Assembly: GCF_902652985.1 (NCBI RefSeq)
Contig: NC_047017.1
Location: 37,448,001-37,512,000 of the forward strand
Source of the DNA: Pecten maximus
Taxonomy: Eukaryota
Direction of reading: 5' to 3'
DNA: 64,000 nt
Made by a program: the position numbers and the translations under genes. The stretch's first letter is position 1; every line of letters begins with the position of its first letter. This document shows, piece by piece, positions 52,592 through 61,170 of the stretch. The notes below the pieces were generated by a model. It had not been told where the DNA came from and made no database searches. It saw nothing but the letters and a program-made list of their open reading frames with translations.

Positions 52592-53716
52592 ATGGATAAC
52601 TATGCCCTCAACTGTTACTGTGATGAAAAGGTGTTGATGAAGAGAAACGAAACAAAAAGGAATGTCAAGGAAGTGCTTCCTCTTGTCAATGAGATATTGA
52701 GATACGTAAATACACGAGACAAACGTTTTCTGATACAACCACTGAGGATGGGCAGTTATGATACGCACCTGAAGGTGGAGAAGGCAGACGAATTTGACTA
52801 CAATGTCATCGTCGATGTCGGTAAGCTGATATGGGGATCTGGAAAGACCAGATACTACGGATTTAACGACACCAGGGATCAAGTAGTGGAGAAAAAAGGA
52901 TACGCATTACCGAGTCCGTCAGTTGGCCAGTGTTTTATTGAAATCGGTTCCTTAAAGAAGAAATGGGAGGCTGATGGACTTGAAGACGGAGTGTCGAGCA
53001 TGACATTTGACAATGACATAGTTCCAATCAAGGTCAAAAGAAGATTCAAATCACTTGTCGGTGAAGCTGTTAATCAGCCGAAATTCAGAAATATGATAAC
53101 AACCGACAAAATATCAGCTTCTCCTGCTACCACACTTTCTGTGCAGTTCCCAGACATTCCATATCCAATCAGCATTGATCTGTGCCCGATGATCGAAGGT
53201 CAATTAGAATTCAAACCAGAGTTCAATTGGCCTAGACCAAATAGTCAGTGGCCATCACGACAGAAGAAGTCGACCATAGCTAAAATTGGCGTGAATGAAA
53301 TAGCAAAGGCGCCATTTTATTGGACACTGTCGTTCGCTGCCTGCGAAAAGGAGTTATTGGAAGGAATTGACATTGGAGGAACACGTAGAAAGAAAAGCCA
53401 GCGGATCATGAAACGACTAAAAGACGAAGTATGGTGTCCACCTGGATTAAAGAAAGTCCTTACATCATACCACCTGAAGAACGTGCTGTTCTGGGAGTGT
53501 GAGGATCACCCATTTGATGCCGAATGGCAGAAGGAACTTCTGGCCACCCGGGTGAGGGCAATGACATATCGTTTGTTGGGTTATCTCCAGAGGGGAAATC
53601 TTCCGCTGTACTTCCATACCGGGGTCAATCTGCTCTCCAGCAAGGATAAAGACGTACTGCAGCAGGTAGCAAAAAATATCAAGTCATTTGTTGACCAGCC
53701 AGAGAAATATTTTTAG
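52592..53716 (+). CDS. cGAS-like receptor (cGLR/Mab21), subtype B copy 1, 374 aa
   Basis: RMGSYDTHLKVEKADEFDY, ISIDLCP, EIAK..WTLSFAACEKELL, TSYHLKNVLFWECE, LPLYFHTGVNLL. Confidence 0.92.
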   Translation: MDNYALNCYCDEKVLMKRNETKRNVKEVLPLVNEILRYVNTRDKRFLIQPLRMGSYDTHLKVEKADEFDYNVIVDVGKLIWGSGKTRYYGFNDTRDQVVEKKGYALPSPSVGQCFIEIGSLKKKWEADGLEDGVSSMTFDNDIVPIKVKRRFKSLVGEAVNQPKFRNMITTDKISASPATTLSVQFPDIPYPISIDLCPMIEGQLEFKPEFNWPRPNSQWPSRQKKSTIAKIGVNEIAKAPFYWTLSFAACEKELLEGIDIGGTRRKKSQRIMKRLKDEVWCPPGLKKVLTSYHLKNVLFWECEDHPFDAEWQKELLATRVRAMTYRLLGYLQRGNLPLYFHTGVNLLSSKDKDVLQQVAKNIKSFVDQPEKYF

Positions 53717-54451
53717 GTGTAATACCCATGGGCGTTGTACATATTTTACCAGAAATGAAATTTAATATAAAGTATTTTAACTACGTTTTTATCAACCAAT
53801 CGACTCCTGTAAATCACAATATTTTCAAGAAGAAATATTTATTCAATTACGATCAGACTCGCTCGAAAGTTAAAAAATATTGAAATAACTACCGGTAGTT
53901 TGGTAACTGATATTTATATATTTATGTACATATAATATGAATATGCTAGTAACTGCACATCTAATATCATTTAAACATATTTTGTATTTTTAAGTTGAAA
54001 ATTATGTCATATATGATAAGAAAATCAGTGAATAATCTTAATGTAGATGTTGAGTGCTGGTTGACCAGATTTCATTCTGTATTACATTTGTACTTGATGT
54101 TTCGATGTCATTATCGATTCCTTATCTGAATAAATTATATCTCTTTAAAATGATCAACTGTTTTACTGTAGTGTTTTGTTTCAGTATATTATACCCAGTT
54201 CAATATACGTGTTTTATGTTAATATACCATATACAAATGTATGTTATTCGATCACGTCTATAATTACATTAGAAAGATAATAGAACTTTATGGTATAAGC
54301 TATCGTCTCGCCTTTACTAAGCGGTTATGTCTTACTCTATAACAGAATCGTGAGCTGTATGTACCGAAAAAAGGTTGCTGGAATGTCCAGTACTTTTACA
54401 ATGAATGGTTAGATGTACGAAGTTAAAAATATATACTGCCAGGGCCCATTC

Positions 54452-54765
54452 TACAACTGTAAATCACGAGATGTGCGAGTCCGATAGATACCCCTTTGTC
54501 TCACTCTACAACTGTAAATCACGAGATGTGTGAGTCCGATAGATACCCCTTTGTCTCACTCTACAACTGTAAATCACGAGATGTGTGAGTCCGATAGATA
54601 CCCCTTTGTCTCATGGTACAATTGTAAATCACGAGATGTGCGAGTCCAATAGATACCCCTTAGTCTCATTGTACAACTGTAAATCACGAGATGTGTGAGT
54701 CCGATAGATACCCCTTTGTCTCGTGGTACAATTGTAAATCACGAGATGTGTGAGTCCGATAGATA
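54452..54765 (+). repeat. 55-bp tandem repeat (~6 copies)
   Basis: tacaactgtaaatcacgagatgtgtgagtccgatagatacccctttgtctcactc unit. Confidence 0.9.
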
Positions 54766-55066
54766 TCATGCCATATCCTTTATCTAAAATGTAAATCTAA
54801 AGTGTATGTCGTTAAAAAGACACTGACATGTACCATCCTACAACTGTAACAAATCACCAACATAACTTTCTTTTCAGTCTAGCACTCGGGAAATACTGAA
54901 GAGACTTTTCAAAAACCGACAAAAAAAAAATAACGAAACGTAATTTTAAGTGGAAATAGATAAGACGAGCGGAAATACTAACAATGGTATAGATTTTCCT
55001 TGATAACCTTGAAAAAACACACGAAAAGACACCGTGTGTTCAGAAAGGTAAAGCGTCTTCTGCTTC

Positions 55067-55245
55067 ATCGACGACGCCCGTCATACAAATCTAGGTCACG
55101 GCGACACCCGTCATACAAATCTAGTTCACGACGACGCCCGTCATACAAATCTAGGTCACGACGACACCCGCCATACAAATCTAGGTCACGACTACGCCCG
55201 TCATAAAAATCTAGGTCACGACGACGCCCATCATACAAATCCAGG
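55067..55245 (+). repeat. 30-bp tandem repeat (copy at ~61472-61680)
   Basis: cgacgacgcccgtcatacaaatctaggtca units. Confidence 0.88.
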
Positions 55246-55714
55246 CAAACTCGAGGGTAACTTGACTTGCACTTTCTTCAGAAAATTTTTATTATTTTAT
55301 CAAAGCATCTTTAATAAATATGTTTTTTCACGTCGCCTTTCGTCTGATGTCAACCAACAGTCATTCTATTAGATTTTGCATATTCCTTTTGATGCTAGTT
55401 GTGCTATATTTCCTTTATTTTTATATCAATTAAATATGGTCGCTTTCTAACGTTCTGACTGTGGCTGTGTCTTCTTACAAATACTGTCGTACTGTGGTTC
55501 CGCTTTTATTCTGGTTGTGCAACACCACCTTGCTGTATTGTCAAGAACAGAGGTCAATAGCACTGTTTTTCAATTTCCGCTTCCACAAACATTGATCCTA
55601 ACACGAGATAATGAAACCAATTTGTTGAAAATAATAGCAATTGTTTCGCAATAATATAATGTGTAGGGAATATGGTGAAAGGTCAAGGTCGTCGTGGTAA
55701 AAACTGTCTAGCAT

Positions 55715-55982
55715 AATGATCCAACGATTCAATGATCCTCCAATGATGCAATGATCCAACGACCCAATGATGCAATGATCCAACGACCCAATGATGCAAT
55801 GATCCAACGACACAATGATACAATATTATGATACAATGAAACAATGATCCAACGACCCAATGATGCAATGATACAATGATCCAACGACCCAATGATACAA
55901 TGAAACAATGAACCAATGATCCAATGACACAATTATACAATGGAACAATGAAGCAATGATCCAAAGATCCAATTATACAATG
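55715..55982 (+). repeat. Degenerate 8-bp-based (caatgatN) microsatellite (copy at ~62150-62460)
   Basis: caatgatg/caatgatc/caacgacc units. Confidence 0.85.
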
Positions 55983-58105
55983 TCCCTTGTTCAAAATCCA
56001 ATGTTTATCCCTCTCTGGTTGAACACTGTGACGTAATATTATTGAGACTTAACTCCGAAAGGAACACTTCATCTTATCTTCTACGTTTAGATATTTATCT
56101 AGTTACATGTAGTTATGTATTTAGTACAGTAATTGGCATTTGAACAAGTAATGTATGCCATATCTAGATATGCTGATAAATCGTGTATTCTTATACATGA
56201 CCAATGGTATTTCCCGTTCCAGTCTCACAAATGAATTTTTGATTTCAAAGTCAAACAGAATAAACGTCATAAACACCGTATTGTCACCTCTTAGCTACAC
56301 CGTGGAGAAGGTTGACGGACATGGAGGGCACAGGACGTGCGTTCCCTTGCATCATGCGACGCGGCGACACACTCTGGAGAGAAGCGTGAATATGGCGAGA
56401 GATACAAGCAAGAACTTTTTTTCAATCAGATCTCAGAGAGAGATATCGTTTGCTTGTCTAGTTCTGATCAATTTATTTTCGCACGTTCAGTTAAAACAAA
56501 TCGTTGTACAGTGTTGATTTCAGCGAAGAGTTCGCGATTTTCTCAGGCTAATACACGTTAATGACGCGATTGAAGACGAAGGATGGTTGTTTACGTTTTC
56601 ACTGCTAAAAACGGCGAGCCTGTGACGGTTTCCCATACTTTATTAACTTCGTCTGTGATATATATGGCTTGGTCGATGTCCCCAGAATATTTCTGTTTGT
56701 GTTATTTGTCTGTTTTCTGTGTCAAAGCCATGAAATAGCGAAAAAATTGGGGAAGGAGTAATGAGGGAGAATAGCGGGAGCTGGCGACGGTGTTTGTTTG
56801 GATTGAGGTATTTGCCGAAACGGAAATGAATAGAAGTGAAAGACGTTTATCGCAGTAATTATAGCGTTTATATAACTCTTTCCACTAGGTTTGACAGGTT
56901 AACATATGCATTTATTGCCAAGTCTTACATTTGAAAATCTATCCATTCACAACAAATTGTATGACGTTACAGAAACTAAAAAAAAAAATACAAAAAAAAA
57001 CCGTAACGTCGACTATGTGTTGTATTTGTGCAATGTCAATGATCTTTAAAACCAGTGAATGGATTGATCATCTAATTAAAAAAAAAAAAAAACGAAAATT
57101 TCTTCTCAAATATCATGGAAGATACATGTATGACAGTCAGTGGAGATACATTTTGAGGATTCATTTGAAAATGTCATCAATGTGATTTCAAAATGGAAGA
57201 CGAGAGATATTGTTTATGACATTGTCACCGCTACTGTGTATGAACACCATGATGATGACCAAGAAAATGTATAGTAATTATGTTTTACATCTTTTTCTTT
57301 TTCGTGACTGATAACGAACCACGAAAACTAACACAACAAATGTTATCTCTAAACTATTAGATTATGTGGAGCATCCACGGAAGTCTGTACCACAAGCTAT
57401 GCCTATTTAACAGCTTGGTAAACCTTTAACAGTTCGTATCACGCAGTAAGAGGCTGTCACGGCGCATTACCTATACATTGTTAGCATTGTCATCAAATTC
57501 CAGTATCAGTCATCAGAAGAACCGTTTTCTTTTAGGCTGACGCCATTTAAGGAGAAACTTTAAATAACGTGTAGCCGATTTGTTTCTGATCAGGTGAACG
57601 ATGGCAATCAAGTGCTTAAATGATTGGGACAGACAGTATTTTCAAAATCAAAGCTGTAGTCCACCTTGGTACTAAACAGTTTGTTACATTTTGTATGTAT
57701 TGATGGAATGACACAAAACAAAAGAGCACATGTTCCAAAACACACCGCATTAAAAAACTCAACAAAGGGAAACCGAATGTTGTTATGGCCAGAATTACTC
57801 AGAACCTCTGTGCGACAAATGTCACGTGACTGCTTCGTGTCAAGGTTTGTTTTCAATGTTCTAGAAGCATGAGGTAAGATTTGAAAAATACATCGGAGTT
57901 TCCAGTCCAAAATTAGCCATTCACGTGATACACCTGATAATGATAAACAGGGAAGCTTTATCACATTGTTATGCAATAGATTGTATATTTAGTGTAGGCA
58001 AAATCATGAGTTGTGACTTTAAAATAGAATGTAAGAACGGAAATGCGCCAGTCTTATGTAGAAATCGCCTGTGTATGTTGGTTTATAGTTCTATACAACT
58101 GAAAA

Positions 58106-59230
58106 ATGGATAACAATGCCCTCAACTGTTACTGTGATGAAAAGGTGTTGATGAAGAGAAACGAAACAAAAAGGAATGTCAAGGAAGTGCTTCCTCTTGT
58201 CAATGAGATATTGAGATACGTAAATGCACGAGACAAACGTTTTCTGATACAACCACTGAGGATGGGCAGTTATGATACGCACCTGAAGGTGGAGAAGGCA
58301 GACGAATTTGACTACAATGTCATCGTTGATGTCGGTAAGCTGATATGGGGACCTGGAAAGACGAGATACTACGGATTTAACGACACCAGAGATCAAGTGG
58401 TTGGGAAAAATGGATACGCATTACCGAGTCCTCCTGTTGGTCAGTATTTTATTGAAATCGGTTCCATAAAGAAGAAATGGGAGGCTGATGGACTTGAAGA
58501 CGGAGTGTCGAGCATGACATTTGACAATGACATAGTTCCAATCAAGGTCAAAAGAAGATTCAAATCACTTGTCGGTGAAGCTGTTAATCAGCCGAAATTC
58601 AGAAATATGATAACAACCGACAGAATATCAGCTTCTCCTGCTACCACACTTTCTGTGCAGTTCCCAGACATTCCATATCCAATCAGCATTGATCTGTGCC
58701 CGATGATCGAAGGTCAATTAGAATTCAAACCAGAGTTCAATTGGCCTAGACCAAATAGTCAGTGGCCATCACGACAGAAGAAGTCGACCATAGCTAAAAT
58801 TGGCGTGAATGAAATAGCAAAGGCGCCATTTTATTGGACACTGTCGTTCGCTGCCTGCGAAAAGGAGTTATTGGAAGGACTTGACATTGGAGGAACATGT
58901 AGAAAGAAAAGCCAGCGGATCATGAAACGACTAAAAGACGAAGTATGGTGTCCACCTGGATTAAAGAAAGTCCTTACATCATACCACCTGAAGAACGTGC
59001 TGTTCTGGGAGTGTGAGGATCACCCATTTGATGCCGAATGGCAGCAGGAACTTCTGGCCAAACGGGTGAGGGCAATGACATACCGTTTGTTGGGTTATCT
59101 CCAGAGGGGAAATCTTCCGCTGTACTTCCATACCGGGGTCAATCTGCTCTCCAGCAAGGATAAAGACGTACTGCAGCAGGTAGCAAAAAATATCAAGTCA
59201 TTTGTTGACCAGCCAGAGAAATATTTGTAG
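58106..59230 (+). CDS. cGAS-like receptor (cGLR/Mab21), subtype B copy 2, 374 aa
   Basis: Same catalytic and Mab21 motifs; 14 aa differences from B1 by manual comparison. Confidence 0.92.
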   Translation: MDNNALNCYCDEKVLMKRNETKRNVKEVLPLVNEILRYVNARDKRFLIQPLRMGSYDTHLKVEKADEFDYNVIVDVGKLIWGPGKTRYYGFNDTRDQVVGKNGYALPSPPVGQYFIEIGSIKKKWEADGLEDGVSSMTFDNDIVPIKVKRRFKSLVGEAVNQPKFRNMITTDRISASPATTLSVQFPDIPYPISIDLCPMIEGQLEFKPEFNWPRPNSQWPSRQKKSTIAKIGVNEIAKAPFYWTLSFAACEKELLEGLDIGGTCRKKSQRIMKRLKDEVWCPPGLKKVLTSYHLKNVLFWECEDHPFDAEWQQELLAKRVRAMTYRLLGYLQRGNLPLYFHTGVNLLSSKDKDVLQQVAKNIKSFVDQPEKYL

Positions 59231-60253
59231 GTGTAATACCCATGGGCGTTGTACATGTTTTTTTCCCAGAAATGAAATTTAATACAAAGTATTTTAACTA
59301 CGTTTTTATCAACCAATCGACTCAATTACGATCAGACTCGATCGAAAGTTAAAATATATTGAAATAGCTACCGTAGTTTGGTAACTGATATTTATAATAG
59401 AATATATATAGCTCTTTCAAAAGCTATTTAAACGTTGGCGAACGAATCCTACAATTACACTGTACATATATTTTGCGAAGTAGAATATAAGCGAAGATAA
59501 AGTAACTTACAGTATTGTTAATTTAACTTCTGCATCATATGTTTTTGAACCAAAATACAGATACAGATGATGAAGTGATGTATTATTGTAGTCATATTAA
59601 TCTATACATTGTAACAATATATAGGCTTCATGATAATTAATATGCACCTATAACAAGGTCGGCTTTCTACATTGTTATACGTTATCATGACAACGGTTAT
59701 TTCGGTATATTAGCTGTATATATGTTTTATTTGATGTACATATAATATGAATATACTAGTAACTGCACATCTAATATCATTTTAACATATTTTGTATTTT
59801 TAATTTGAAAATTATGTCATATATGATAAGAAAATCAGAAGATAATCTTAATATAGAGGTTGAGTCCTGGTTGACCAGATTTCATTCTGTATTACATTTG
59901 TACTTGATGTTTCAATGTCATTATCGATTCCTTATCTGAATAAATTATATCTCTTTAAATGATCAACTGTTTTACTTTAGTGCTTTGTTTCAGTATATTA
60001 TCTCCAGTTCAATATACGTGTTTTAATATACCATATACAAATGTATGTTATTCTATCACGTCTATAATTACATAAGAAAGAGAATAGAACTTTATGGTAT
60101 AAGTTATCGTCTCGCCTTTACTAAGCGGTTATGTCTTACTCTATAACAGAATCGTGAGCTGTATGTACTGAAAAAAGGTGCTGGAATGTCCAGTACTTTT
60201 ACTATGAATGGTTAGATGTACGAAGTTAAAAATATATACTGCCATGACCCATT

Positions 60254-61170
60254 CTACGACTGTAAATCACGAGATGTGTGAGTCCGATCGATACCCCTTT
60301 GTCTCACTCTACAACTGTAAATCACGAGATGTGTGAGTCCGATCGATACCCCTTTGTCTCACTCTACAACTGTAAATCACGAGATGTGTGAGTCCGATCG
60401 ATACCCCTTTGTCTCACTCTACAACTGTAAATCACGAGATGTGTGAGTCCGATCGATACCCCTTTGTCTCACTCTACAACTGTAAATCACGAGATGTGTG
60501 AGTCCGATAGATGTCCCTTTGTCTCACTCTACAACTGTAAATCACGAGATGTGTGAGTCCGATCGATACCCCTTTGTCTCACTCTACAACTGTAAATCAC
60601 GAGATGTGTGAGTCCGATAGATGTCCCTTTGTCTCACTCTACAACTGTAAATCACGAGATTTGTGAGGCCGATAAATACCCCTTTGTCTCATGGTACAAC
60701 TGTAATTCACGAGATGTGTGAGTCCGATCGATACCCCTTTGTCTCACTCTACAACTGTAAATCACGAGATGTGTGAGTCCGATAGATGTCCCTTTGTCTC
60801 ACTCTACAACTGTAAATCACGAGATTTGTGAGGCCGATAAATACCCCTTTGTCTCATGGTACAACTGTAATTCACGAGATGTGTGAGTCCGATAAATACC
60901 CATTTGTCTCGTTGTACAACTGTAAATCACGAGATTTGTGAGGCCGATAAATACCCCTTTGTCTCATGGTATAACTGTAAATCACGAGATGTGTGAGTCC
61001 GATAAATACCCCTTTGTCTCACTCTACAACTGTAAATCACGAGATTTGTGAGGCCGATAAATACCCCTTTGTCCCATGGTACAACTGTTAATGACGAGAT
61101 GTGCAAGTCCGATAAATACTCCTTTGTCTCATAGTACAATTGTAAATCACGAGATTTGTGAGTCCGATAG
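60254..61170 (+). repeat. 55-bp tandem repeat (~17 copies)
   Basis: Same unit as 54452-54765, expanded. Confidence 0.9.

Larger units (their letters stand above)
39231..52795 (+). repeat. Segmental tandem duplication, copy 2
   Basis: Colinear with 24311-39230. Lacks the HINE and SINE insertions and continues into an intact cGLR-B. Confidence 0.93.
52116..57665 (+). repeat. Second tandem duplication, unit 1 (5,550 bp; cGLR-B with proximal promoter and 3' flank)
   Basis: ttggtactaaaca at 52116 recurs at 57666; colinear thereafter. Confidence 0.92.

Noticed and set aside
55000-55206. Protamine-like Arg/Ser-rich ORF (also 61405-61695)
   Set aside because: No ATG start; it is the translation of a 30-bp minisatellite, and the stop position differs between copies.
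34791-59230. Bacterial CBASS operon or horizontal transfer
   Set aside because: The proteins have the animal Mab21 C-terminal domain, there are no Cap effectors, and they sit among spliced animal genes and animal TEs.
54452-61170. CRISPR-like arrays (55-bp, 30-bp and 24-bp repeats)
   Set aside because: Head-to-tail repeats without unique spacers, no cas genes, eukaryotic context.
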